Assembly (NCBI GenBank): GCA_041653535.1
Contig: JBAZFH010000002.1
Coordinates: 257,235 to 321,234 of the forward strand
Reading direction: 5' to 3'
DNA: 64,000 bases
Origin: Patescibacteria group bacterium
Lineage (GTDB): Bacteria > Patescibacteriota > Patescibacteriia > JACRDY01
In this document: one piece after another, positions 8,989-17,991 of the stretch
Layout of the letters: each line of letters opens with the position of its first letter
Numbering within the stretch: position 1 is the stretch's first letter
Made by a program: the position numbers and the translations under genes
Notes under the pieces: generated by a model
What the model saw: the letters and a program-made list of their open reading frames with translations, nothing else
Told to the model about the DNA's origin: nothing
The model's database searches: none

Positions 8989-10014
8989 ATGACAACTTAT
9001 CGTACTACGCTTTTGGAACAGGCGGCGCAGTTGATTCTCATGTTGGGCGGATCCGATAAGGTTACCGCACTACTTGAGAGTCGGGAAGGCGCCAACTTCA
9101 AGTTTGGTCAATTCGATTTTGGTCAGCTTGAGGCGATTCTCAACAAGCTCATTCAGGCCGGGGTTGCCGATCAAGGCGTACTCGGTCAGCTCTTGCGAGA
9201 CGAGTTGGAAATTCAGCTTGTGTCGGCAATCAAAAAGTTTTTCGCCCAAAATGGCCGCCGCATTCCCAGGGGTTTGAAAGCGAACCACACTGACTCCAAC
9301 CGTAACTTTCATCTCGTTCAGCCCAATCTGGATATGGTGGAAGCCCTGGCTTTGCGCCTAGTTCGGTTTCAGGAGGCGCTCCAACCGGGGCTGATCATGT
9401 CGGCGGCGGATTTCCAAGGCAAGGTCAATGAGCTCCTGACGGCGCTTAGCGCCGACGAGCAGATCGCCAATCTGACCAGCGGCATCTGCCTGCCAATCAT
9501 CATGCCGCAGATCGAGAAAAAGAAATTCGACTACGGCAAGGTTCTTGAGCAGACTTTTGTCGCGGCGGCTAAGAAGGCTTATGAGAAAGAGTTCTCCGGT
9601 CGGCCGTTCAACAACTACCGCAAGGACGATTTGTTCGGCAAGGTGACAATCATCGACGACAGCCATCGTCGGCTTGTCGAGCGGCTCTTCCAAAGCCATC
9701 TGGTCGCCTTGTACTTCCCAAACCCGCTTCAGGGCTTCTCAGTCCATGCCGACCGTGAGCAGATGGAAGGTTTGCCGACGACCCTGCACCTCGCTGGCGG
9801 GTTCGACACCCTGTCCGCCGTCACCATGTATCCGGATGTCCTGGGTCGGGATTTCAATACCCCGGGTCTGGACATGGCCGCACTGGAATGGCAGGGTCCC
9901 GGCCGCTCGCTCCACTTCGGGGTCGGCGACGGCAACGCCGGCTTCGGCGACGGGGCGGGCCTCGGCGATGCCGACGCCCGCTGTTCCGGCGGGCTCGTGT
10001 TCTGCCTCGCGTAG
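8989..10014 (+). CDS. DGR target (variable) protein; the C-terminal about 40 aa are encoded by the variable repeat
   Basis: 341-aa GC-rich ORF with RBS GGAGGA. The 3' 120 nt (VR) is a near-copy of the downstream TR and differs only where the TR has adenine. The C-terminus is ...GVGDGNAGFGDGAGLGDADARCSGGLVFCLA. Confidence 0.8.
   Translation: MTTYRTTLLEQAAQLILMLGGSDKVTALLESREGANFKFGQFDFGQLEAILNKLIQAGVADQGVLGQLLRDELEIQLVSAIKKFFAQNGRRIPRGLKANHTDSNRNFHLVQPNLDMVEALALRLVRFQEALQPGLIMSAADFQGKVNELLTALSADEQIANLTSGICLPIIMPQIEKKKFDYGKVLEQTFVAAAKKAYEKEFSGRPFNNYRKDDLFGKVTIIDDSHRRLVERLFQSHLVALYFPNPLQGFSVHADREQMEGLPTTLHLAGGFDTLSAVTMYPDVLGRDFNTPGLDMAALEWQGPGRSLHFGVGDGNAGFGDGAGLGDADARCSGGLVFCLA
9889..10009 (+). 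repeat. DGR variable repeat (VR)
   Basis: Aligned base-by-base to 10386-10507. About 22 mismatches, all at TR adenines (TR A to VR G or C), consistent with adenine-specific mutagenic retrohoming. The shared 3' end ttccggcggg.tcgtgttctgcctcg is a candidate IMH. Confidence 0.85.
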
Positions 10015-10385
10015 CGCAGCCCTTGGGACTTGGTTTCCTTGTCCCTCGGCTTGGATCCTTGGCATCAGTACCGCCGTTAGGCGGTCGCCACAAAATGGTA
10101 TTTCGGGGACGTATTCGTACGCCCCCTTTTCTTTTACAAAAAATCGGGTAGAATATACTTGGGAGTAGGTTAATGTATCTTAGTTCAAAAGATTAAGGTC
10201 ACCGAAACCTGGAATTTTTCCAATGTGCCAGAGTCCGATAGTTGCTATTTCGTGATTATCGGAGAGTGCACGGTAAAATTCTAAGCACTACTTGCCGGGC
10301 TCTAATGACCAACCTGGGTCAGAATAAAATACAGGGCGGATAGCAATATCTTCCCGGTGCTTATAGGCGGAGAACGGCAAAATTC

Positions 10386-10507
10386 TAGCAGGATCCCGAC
10401 CACTCGCTCAACTTCAAGGTCAACGACGACAACGCCGACTTCGACAACAGGACGAACCTCGGCAATGCCAACGACAACTATTCCGGCGGGATCGTGTTCT
10501 GCCTCGG
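10386..10507 (+). repeat. DGR template repeat (TR)
   Basis: Adenine-rich master copy. It is dominated by AAC/GAC/AAT codons (aac gac gac aac gcc gac ttc gac aac agg acg aac ...), as expected for a TR. Confidence 0.85.
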
Positions 10508-10561
10508 TTATGCTTAGAAAAAATTCAAAAGTCCCTCTGCGGTGCAGAAGGACTTTTGTTG

Positions 10562-10900
10562 TTATTGAACCGACTTTTGCCAACCACCAATCATTCTCCC
10601 AATTTCTTGAATTTGTTGTTGCAAGATAATGTACTTTTTATCCTCGAGTAGGTTTAAATCTTTGACAAGTCGGATAAATACTTTTAAGATGTCTAGTTTT
10701 AAACTGGCTTGCTGGATAAGTCGAGATTTGTCAGTCCGGACTCCTACGCTGGTAGCAATAAGCAGTTCCATGATCTCTAGGATATATTCCTCGCATTTAC
10801 CACCCAGAGCATATTTGTCTTTCTTCGGAAACAATTCCAAATAACCGTAAAAGATTTTGTACAGCTCATAAGTTTTTAAGATAATCGGCGTGTCTATCAT
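10562..10900 (-). CDS. avd: DGR accessory variability determinant (Avd; four-helix-bundle protein)
   Basis: 112 aa. The residue pattern LKTYELYKIFYGYLELFPKKDKYALGGKCEEYILEIMELLIATSV...LKVFIRLVKDL...IQEIGRMIGGW parallels Bordetella phage bAvd (YDQMLIVERY...IPRKHGVAREMFLKCLLGQVELFIVAGKS...VGRILGSW). Confidence 0.75.
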   Translation of the reverse strand: MIDTPIILKTYELYKIFYGYLELFPKKDKYALGGKCEEYILEIMELLIATSVGVRTDKSRLIQQASLKLDILKVFIRLVKDLNLLEDKKYIILQQQIQEIGRMIGGWQKSVQ

Positions 10901-11978
10901 ATGGTTAAGAGTTTTGATGAATTAATTAGTTTGAAGAATATTTTTAGTTGTTGGCGTGATTTTAGGAGAGATAAAGCCAAGAAGCCAGATGTTATGGAGT
11001 TTGAACGATGTTTAGAAGATAATATTTTTAAGCTTCATAATGAATTATCCTCCGATTGTTATCGCCACGGTCCCTATTCCACCTTCCATATCTACGACCC
11101 CAAGCATCGAGTTATCAGTAAGGCGTTAGTTCGTGATCGTCTAGTTCACCACGTGGTTTTTAACGAGCTCTATCGTATTTTTGATCCCAGCTTTATTTAT
11201 CATTCCTATTCTTCCCGAGTTGCCAAGGGCACACATTTGGCGGTTCTCAACTTATTTCATTGCCTCCGCCAAGTTAGCCACAATTACACCCAAACCGTCT
11301 ATATCCTCAAATGCGACATCAAAAAATTCTTTTGGAGCGTGGATCACCAAAAACTCTTGGCAATAATCCAAAACAAGATTAAAGACGAGAAGTTTCTTTG
11401 GTTAATCAACGAGATTATTGGGAGTTTTTTATCTACGAAAATTGCTAAGGGGGGGGGCTTTAAAGGGTTTGCCTATCGGTAATGTCACCTCGCAAATTTT
11501 CGCCAACATATATTTAAACGAATTAGACCAGTTCATTAAACACAAGTTGAAAATCAAGGACTATTTTCGCTACGCCGATGACTTTGTTATCGTTCATCCC
11601 CAAAAAGAATTTTTACAGACCACCTTAACACGAATCCAAGAATTTTTACAAGAGGAATTATTACTAGAACTTCATCCCGGGAAAGTTTCGATTCAAAAAT
11701 TTATACAAGGCGTGGACTTTTTGGGCTATGTTGTTTTACCGCGATATATTGTTTTAAGAACCAAAACTAAAAAACGGATGCTAAAGAAGATCAGTTTGAG
11801 GAAACAAAAATTGGAACAAGGTCTGATAGCAAAAGAATCGTTTAATCAGTCGTTGCAATCGTACTTTGGGATACTAAAGCATTGTCAGGGACGTGAAATA
11901 GGGCAAAAAATTCTGGAAATAGCTAAATATTCCCAAAAAAACTCCTTCAAAAAATCAGTTACGGTGTTACTAGACTGA
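10901..11978 (+). CDS. DGR reverse transcriptase (frame broken by a 1-nt excess in a G9 tract at 11449-11457)
   Basis: N-terminus YRHGPYSTFHIYDPKHRVISKALVRDRLVHHVVFNEL parallels the bRT segment YERGPYREFLVYEPKPRLISALEFKDRLVQHALCNIV. After the frameshift come GLPIGNVTSQIFANIYL (the DGR-specific I/LGxxxSQ motif 4) and RYADDFVIV (YADD). The two ORFs 10901-11482 and 11418-11978 join in frame if the G tract is 8 nt. Confidence 0.8.
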
Positions 11979-12013
11979 ATTCGGAGATATTGAGGTAGTT
12001 ATCTATCTAAAAA

Positions 12014-12046
12014 TAAAAAAGGATGTATCAGATACATCCTTTTTTG
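12014..12046. terminator. bidirectional rho-independent terminator (GGATGTATCaGATACATCC, A-run and T-run on either side)
   Basis: Perfect 9-bp stem flanked by aaaaaa and tttttt, between the convergent RT and nucleoside hydrolase genes. Confidence 0.65.
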
Positions 12047-12053
12047 GTTGTTG

Positions 12054-13109
12054 TTAAAACCGTAACGCGGAAGTTTCCGCGGCGGTTAAAAATTGACGTA
12101 GACCGTCAATGTCTCGGACACCGTGATTGTCGGATGAAACGCCGATGACCAAATGTCGTACTCCGTTGACCCACACTTCGGTTGGGTCGAAAAACGTGTC
12201 GATTAAGTTCGGTATGGCGGCGACAAAGTTAATCGGGTCGTATAGGTTGAAATTTTGGACATACGACCAGATGTCATCGCCGTCATTAATTGCGGGATCA
12301 ACGTCGCCGCAGAAGACTTTAACAAACCATTGGCGGTTTCGGTCGACCGGCAGCGTACCGCGAATTTTTGATTCGGGAGCGGAACAAGCCGCTTGCCATA
12401 GTTTTTGCAGCGCGGGCTTTTGCCGACCTTTTAAACAATCGCCGATAGGATTGCCCGTATTTTCCATATCGTCATAGACAGTAAGGGGAAATTGGCAGGC
12501 ATACGCTGCGTCTCGAGTGGTAATAATCATCGGAATTTTTAATTCTTGCAGTCGCCAGTACAAAAAAACAGCTGATTCGCGGTCGAATTCGTTGTTGTTG
12601 GCGTTATTGGGTGTCATCATGCCGCGAATGTCAAGTTTGATTTTTTTATTTTCGGTTTCGACGCCGCCCATAATAGCAACCTGGCGGATTTTTTGTGTAA
12701 ATAAAAATGGTTCTCGGTCTAACAATTCGGCCGCATCGGTCATACCTGATTGTAGCACCAAAATTACGTTTCGATCGCTGCTTTTTAGCAGAGTGGTTTT
12801 TAGGAGATCAAAACCGTTTGGCAACACCTCGCTTAAATCGGCAAGATAGGAAATTCGTGTTTCGTAAGGGTGGGTTTTTCCCTCAAAGACTGGCGTGCCA
12901 ACAGCAACAGGAACGCTGTCCAGGTCGAGCTGTTTGAGCATACCTTTGGCTATGCGAGCGCGTAAATGCGCCGGCGATAGATTGGCGACGACCGCTTTTA
13001 AGTTGATTATGCCTTGACGGGCGAGTCGGGCGGCGACAAGTAACGTGTGTTCATCGTCGAGGTCTTTACCAAAGTCGCCGATGATAACCAAGTTTGGTCT
13101 AGCAGTCAT
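12054..13109 (-). CDS. inosine-uridine-preferring nucleoside hydrolase (IU-NH) family protein
   Basis: N-terminal aspartate cluster IIGDFGKDLDDEHTLL resembles the IUNH DXDXXXDD motif. Length 351 aa. Confidence 0.55.
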   Translation of the reverse strand: MTARPNLVIIGDFGKDLDDEHTLLVAARLARQGIINLKAVVANLSPAHLRARIAKGMLKQLDLDSVPVAVGTPVFEGKTHPYETRISYLADLSEVLPNGFDLLKTTLLKSSDRNVILVLQSGMTDAAELLDREPFLFTQKIRQVAIMGGVETENKKIKLDIRGMMTPNNANNNEFDRESAVFLYWRLQELKIPMIITTRDAAYACQFPLTVYDDMENTGNPIGDCLKGRQKPALQKLWQAACSAPESKIRGTLPVDRNRQWFVKVFCGDVDPAINDGDDIWSYVQNFNLYDPINFVAAIPNLIDTFFDPTEVWVNGVRHLVIGVSSDNHGVRDIDGLRQFLTAAETSALRF

Positions 13110-13121
13110 TTTACCTTCCCC

Positions 13122-13850
13122 TTATTTGTAACCTAGCTGGTGATACAACGCCAAGGCAATGAAGGATTTTCCGTCTTGAATGACGGAAGATAAGAGTCTC
13201 AGTTGCAATATCTGAAGGGTGATTTTTTCTCCTTCATTTGCAACACCGGTGATTTTGTTTTGCAGTTCTTGCATTTTTTTTCGGGTCATGACCAGTTTGA
13301 TCATGTAAAATTTTGCTTTTTCGTCGAGCATACCAGGGCTGAAATAAATCCCGTTGGCGCTCGCCGGAAGATTCTCGGTCATGTCGATTAATTCTTTTTG
13401 TCCGACAACCAAACCAAGTTCCTCGTATAATTCACGAGCTGCCGCGCCGGAAAAAGTACCGTTGTCGATCATGCCAGCGGGTAGCTCAGGCAATGCGATT
13501 TTGCCGGTAGCGATACGCGGTTGGCGAACCAAGACAGTAAAAATTTCGCCGTCCACATCAATAATCGGCAGCATGACAACGGTGTTGCCACGCAGTTCAA
13601 CGACCGCCGGATAGAGCAGGTTGGCACAGGTAACCTTCATCCGAATAAACAAGACGTTTTTCGCGGTCGCTTCTCCGCGAAAATCAACAGCTTGGATAAA
13701 GATGTGGGAAATTTTGAATTTCCGGCTCAGGCTATTTTTCCAGTTTTTGAAGATTCTGGAATTAATTGCCATTGTGGCTTCCGTAAAGTTCACGGCGACA
13801 GAATAAGATATTTCTACATCTTGGCGGTTGATTTTTACGATGCCTTGCAT
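13122..13850 (-). CDS. NUDIX hydrolase (ADP-ribose pyrophosphatase-like)
   Basis: Nudix box GTFSGAAARELYEELGL (Gx5Ex7REUxEExGU). Confidence 0.7.
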   Translation of the reverse strand: MQGIVKINRQDVEISYSVAVNFTEATMAINSRIFKNWKNSLSRKFKISHIFIQAVDFRGEATAKNVLFIRMKVTCANLLYPAVVELRGNTVVMLPIIDVDGEIFTVLVRQPRIATGKIALPELPAGMIDNGTFSGAAARELYEELGLVVGQKELIDMTENLPASANGIYFSPGMLDEKAKFYMIKLVMTRKKMQELQNKITGVANEGEKITLQILQLRLLSSVIQDGKSFIALALYHQLGYK

Positions 13851-14186
13851 GCCTTTTCTCCTTTGTTTTTTCGATTTTTAATGGACTGGTAGTCAAGATT
13901 GTCAAAATCGTTGATTGCTAATATTACCAATAATTTGAAGGTTTTGTCAACATGCCGTATTGTTTACTATCGCGAAGAGGCGCTAGTTTTTCATTTTTTT
14001 ATAAACAAAGAATCCGTCTTTGTATATTTATAATATTTCTGTTTTCTTTGGCTTCCGGTTTGAGTAGTGTTGCTAATATGATTACTTTACTTAAATTGTT
14101 AATTGTGGTGAAAAGTGATAAAATTAAGCTATCAGTGTAACTTTCGTCGGTAGAAGTCGTCTTATATCGAGTACCTTGTCGTATTT

Positions 14187-15947
14187 ATGAAGGATAATAC
14201 TAAAAAAACAATATCGATTTATTGGCATAACCTTATGCAGTACAAAGGTTATGTTTTTGTTATGCTTTTTTCAGTGCTGGGTGCGTCTATAATAAACGTG
14301 ATTATCCCACTTTTTTTCAAAGATTTTTTTGATATTTTATCCAGTGGGCAAGAGCAGTCGGCGATAATCGATGGACTGATAAAGGTTTTAATACTGATTG
14401 GTATTTGGAGTTTAGTTCAATGGGGATTCTGGCGCATTGCTACTTTTACCGCCAGTTACTTTTATTCGAAGGTGATGATGAACATGACCAACTACTGTTT
14501 CGCTTATTTGCATAAACATTCCTTTTCTTTTTTTAACAACAATTTTGTTGGTTCTTTAACTAAAAAAGTAAAATGGTTTGTTAACGCTTTTGAAGATATT
14601 CTTGACCGTATCACTTGGAGCTTTCTGCCGTTGGTAGTAAATATCGTGGTTATTATATTCGTTTTGTACCGTCGTAGCTGGGCGCTCGCCGCCGGCATGG
14701 GTGTTTGGATAGTTTTGTTTATAATAGTTAATGGTTTTTTTACCAAATATAAACTCAAATACGATATCCAGCGTAGCGCTGCCGAGACCGAATCAACGGC
14801 AATATTAGCTGATACTATCACTAATCATAACAACGTTAAGCTTTTTAACGGTTATCAGCGAGAGATAGATAATTATAGCGGGGTTAATGAAAAATTAAGA
14901 AAATTGCGTCGTTGGACCTGGGATTTCGATAATTTTTTTGACGCGGTTCAAGGTTTGCTGATGACTGTTTTGGAAGTAGGAATATTTTATCTGGCAATTC
15001 GGCTATGGCAAAAGGGAGTTTTGACAGTAGGTGATTTTGTCTTGATTCAATCTTACGTTCTCAATATTTTTCAGCGCGTTTGGGATTTTGGTCGAATAAT
15101 CCGCGGTCTATATACGCGCCTTGCTGACGCTGAAGAAATGACAATAGTATTACAAACTCCGCACGAGGTGAGAGATTACCGCTACGCTAAGGACCTGAAA
15201 GTTCGTCAAGGTAAAATAGAATTTAAAAAAGTTGATTTTTGTTATCAAAAAACCAGAAAGGTTTTAGCTCAACTGAGCTTGATAATAAAACCGCACGAAA
15301 GGCTGGCTTTGATTGGTCCTTCGGGCGCCGGTAAAACCACGGTGGTCAAATTGTTGTTACGAATGCATGATTTGACCGGCGGAAAAATTTTGATTGATGG
15401 TCAGGATATTTCCAAGGTAAAACAAGAAAGCTTGTGGCGGGCAATCAGTTTGGTGCCGCAGGATCCAATACTTTTTCACCGGTCGCTGAGAGATAATATC
15501 GCTTACGGTAAACCAGACGCGACCGATCAGGAGGTGGTAGAAGCGGCAAAAGCAGCTCACTGTCATGAGTTTATTACTTCTTTTCCTGAAGGCTATGATA
15601 CTTTCGTCGGTGAGCGAGGAGTGAAGCTGTCCGGCGGTGAACGTCAGCGTGTAGCGATTGCTCGGGCAATACTGCGCAATGCGCCGATACTCGTTTTAGA
15701 CGAAGCAACGTCAAGTCTGGACAGCGAATCGGAAATACTGATTCAAGACGCTTTGGACAAATTAATGAAAAATAAAACCGTAATCGTAATCGCGCATCGA
15801 CTTTCGACGATACGAAAAGTTGATCGGATAGTGGTGATTGATGAAAAGGGAATAGTAGAAGAGGGTAGTCACGAACAACTGAGTAAAAAGCCAGATGGTC
15901 TGTATCACAAGTTATGGCAGCTGCAGGCCGGTGGGTTTATTGAATAA
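14187..15947 (+). CDS. ABC exporter, fused permease/ATPase (MsbA-like)
   Basis: Six predicted TM segments, then Walker A GPSGAGKTT, signature LSGGERQRVAIARA and Walker B ILVLDEATS. Confidence 0.85.
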   Translation: MKDNTKKTISIYWHNLMQYKGYVFVMLFSVLGASIINVIIPLFFKDFFDILSSGQEQSAIIDGLIKVLILIGIWSLVQWGFWRIATFTASYFYSKVMMNMTNYCFAYLHKHSFSFFNNNFVGSLTKKVKWFVNAFEDILDRITWSFLPLVVNIVVIIFVLYRRSWALAAGMGVWIVLFIIVNGFFTKYKLKYDIQRSAAETESTAILADTITNHNNVKLFNGYQREIDNYSGVNEKLRKLRRWTWDFDNFFDAVQGLLMTVLEVGIFYLAIRLWQKGVLTVGDFVLIQSYVLNIFQRVWDFGRIIRGLYTRLADAEEMTIVLQTPHEVRDYRYAKDLKVRQGKIEFKKVDFCYQKTRKVLAQLSLIIKPHERLALIGPSGAGKTTVVKLLLRMHDLTGGKILIDGQDISKVKQESLWRAISLVPQDPILFHRSLRDNIAYGKPDATDQEVVEAAKAAHCHEFITSFPEGYDTFVGERGVKLSGGERQRVAIARAILRNAPILVLDEATSSLDSESEILIQDALDKLMKNKTVIVIAHRLSTIRKVDRIVVIDEKGIVEEGSHEQLSKKPDGLYHKLWQLQAGGFIE

Positions 15948-16138
15948 AATTTTGTATAAAAAACCAACTCTTCTTAGTGTTGGTTTTTTTTGTTTATTCT
16001 GCTAAAACAAAAAGAGGTGATACTTCGTCGGAGCGAGAATTGACAATTTTTGTCTGTCCGGAGTAAAATAAAGGCGTTATTTATCAAGTAAATAACAGGC
16101 TAGTTTTTTTAAGAACAATAAACTAAGGAGGGGAGTTT

Positions 16139-17176
16139 ATGCTTTATCTACCTCACCCAGCAATGGTTTTGACCACAACCGGTTCGGACGTTTTGGCACA
16201 AGCCATTGCCGAAGAACTTAAACGACGACTGCCAACTGATTTACAGGCTGATCCTATTTTTGTTTCACCACAAGTGGTTCGGTTCTCTAATGACAATATT
16301 CAAGTGCAAGTGCCGAACGTTCGTGGTCATGTGGCAGTGATCGTACATACTCAAGTGCCGCCGGTTAATGATCATTTGGTGGAATTGTTTGAATTGATTG
16401 CCGCAGCGCGTGACGCTCGCGCTTACGACATCATGGTGGTTTTTCCGTACATGCCGTATGCTCGGTCGGATCGCAAAAATAAACCGCGAATTTCGACTAT
16501 GGGTGTGGTTTTGCCGCAGCTCATCGAAAACTTGGGAGTCAAGCGCGTTTTATTGCTTGATCCTCACGATACGCATATCAAGCACTATTTTCGACCGGGC
16601 GCAGATGAAATATCGGCGGTTTATCTGCTGATAGATTATTTGCAAAATAATTTTTTCACCACCACGCCCAGGGAAGAATGCACGTTGGTTTTTTCCGACG
16701 AAGGTTCGTCGAAACGTTTTGGTCATGTGTCGGGAATGTTGAAAATTCCCACCGCTCACATCGATAAAACTCGTTTGGATGATACCGAGCGACCTAAGGC
16801 TGAAATGATGATTGGTGACGTGCGCGGTCGGACGGCCATTATCATCGATGACGAAATTTTGACCGGTCGGACGGTCGAAGAAGACGTGGCGATTATTAAA
16901 GCAGCCGGTGCTGCCAAGGTGATCATGATTGCTATTCACGCACCGATGGATGATATCAAGACTTCAGCGACGGAAGTGATTAATCGTCTGGAGCGTTCGG
17001 CAGTGGATCAGTTTATTGTTACTGATTCGATTCCGATAGCCCATAAACTTGAACTAAGTAGTAAAATCAAAGTGCTGTCGGTCGCCGGTCTGCTCGCTGA
17101 AGCGATTAACCGTGAGGTGACCGATCAGTCACTGACCGAACTACATCAACTGGAAAACGCCGGTCTTTATCGTTAA
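16139..17176 (+). CDS. prs: ribose-phosphate pyrophosphokinase (PRPP synthetase)
   Basis: VVFPYMPYARSDRK and PRPP-binding loop IIIDDEILTGRT. RBS GGAGGGGAG. Confidence 0.85.
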   Translation: MLYLPHPAMVLTTTGSDVLAQAIAEELKRRLPTDLQADPIFVSPQVVRFSNDNIQVQVPNVRGHVAVIVHTQVPPVNDHLVELFELIAAARDARAYDIMVVFPYMPYARSDRKNKPRISTMGVVLPQLIENLGVKRVLLLDPHDTHIKHYFRPGADEISAVYLLIDYLQNNFFTTTPREECTLVFSDEGSSKRFGHVSGMLKIPTAHIDKTRLDDTERPKAEMMIGDVRGRTAIIIDDEILTGRTVEEDVAIIKAAGAAKVIMIAIHAPMDDIKTSATEVINRLERSAVDQFIVTDSIPIAHKLELSSKIKVLSVAGLLAEAINREVTDQSLTELHQLENAGLYR

Positions 17177-17186
17177 AAGTTACGAC

Positions 17187-17218
17187 AAACCTCCTGATTT
17201 TAATGTCAGGGGGTTTTT
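17187..17218 (+). terminator. rho-independent terminator (AACCTCCTGA...TCAGGGGGTTTTT)
   Basis: Stem-loop followed by a T-run immediately after the prs stop codon. Confidence 0.6.
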
Positions 17219-17338
17219 AAAATCCGGCAGATCGCAGCCGGCATAGATGTATTTTTTAACATTGACTTTTTTTTGCAAAGGAGCTAAATTGTATAGCCAG
17301 CTTTTGACGAATAATGTTTTTTTCAAAGGAGGAAGTAA

Positions 17339-17857
17339 ATGAAAAGCGTTAAGGTGCTATCGGTGGTTTTAATTTTGGTGTTGGCGGCGGCTTTTTCGAC
17401 CGGTTGCGGTCGAACCCCTTCGCGATTTCTGGGCAAGGATTCGCGACAGATTTTGACAGTAGAAGGGATGGCGGAGTATATCAACACCAGCTTTGACTGG
17501 CGGCAAGACAGTACTGTCAAAGACGTTACTTTCAAAGCTCTCGACGGCTATGTCTATACGCGGGAGTTCAAAGACGCGCACATGTTTCAGGGCGTGATCC
17601 GTTGGGTGCCGTTTAATGAAACTGATTCAATCGTTCAGTCACGGGCACTTTCCCGTTGGGTCGGCGGAGTGGTTAATTTGCGTTTACCCGAGGACTGCGC
17701 ACAAGTGCTTGGTGTAGACGTTAGTTATTCTGGTTCCAATGAAAGAGTAAAAAATTTAGCCTATCGTTCAAACACCGGTCAGATTTTTGTCCGAGAATAT
17801 CGGGAAGGTCTAATCAATCGGCGTTTTGAAGGTTGGCTAGAGATAGTCGCAAAATAG
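17339..17857 (+). CDS. lipoprotein, function unknown
   Basis: Signal peptide plus lipobox (LAAAFSTGC). RBS AAGGAGGAAG. Confidence 0.55.
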   Translation: MKSVKVLSVVLILVLAAAFSTGCGRTPSRFLGKDSRQILTVEGMAEYINTSFDWRQDSTVKDVTFKALDGYVYTREFKDAHMFQGVIRWVPFNETDSIVQSRALSRWVGGVVNLRLPEDCAQVLGVDVSYSGSNERVKNLAYRSNTGQIFVREYREGLINRRFEGWLEIVAK

Positions 17858-17903
17858 CAAGTCAGTCGTAGATCCCGTGTTTAAAAAACACGGGATTTTT
17901 ATT

Positions 17904-17950
17904 TAACCAGATAAACCACCCCGCTGCATAGCGGGGCGGTAGTTCATTTA
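17904..17950. repeat. REP-like GC hairpin repeat, joined form (ttaaccagataaaccacc + CCGCTgcatAGCGGGGCGgtagttcattta), plus a second hairpin at 17958-17985
   Basis: Left part equals 8322-8340 and right part equals 8712-8747. Sits between convergent genes. Confidence 0.6.
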
Positions 17951-17991
17951 ATAACAAAAAAAGCCCCGTCGGGTGACGGGGCGGTGGTTTG

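Noticed and set aside
9674-10168. Several overlapping ORFs on both strands across the VR/TR region (9674-10168, 9739-10065, 9854-10093, 9888-10151, 10302-10583, 10357-10629)
   Set aside because: They overlap the coherent 341-aa target gene or the non-coding TR in alternative frames. They translate to low-complexity Arg/Pro/Gly/Ser-rich sequence of the kind expected from GC-rich DNA, so I treat them as spurious.
10629-10844. Plus-strand 71-aa ORF as a co-directional avd
   Set aside because: Its translation is Ser-rich and low-complexity with no Avd-like helices. The minus-strand frame carries the bAvd-like sequence.
13952-14140. 62-aa ORF upstream of the ABC transporter
   Set aside because: It lies in the promoter region and is hydrophobic and low-complexity. 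There is no RBS and it is probably not a gene.
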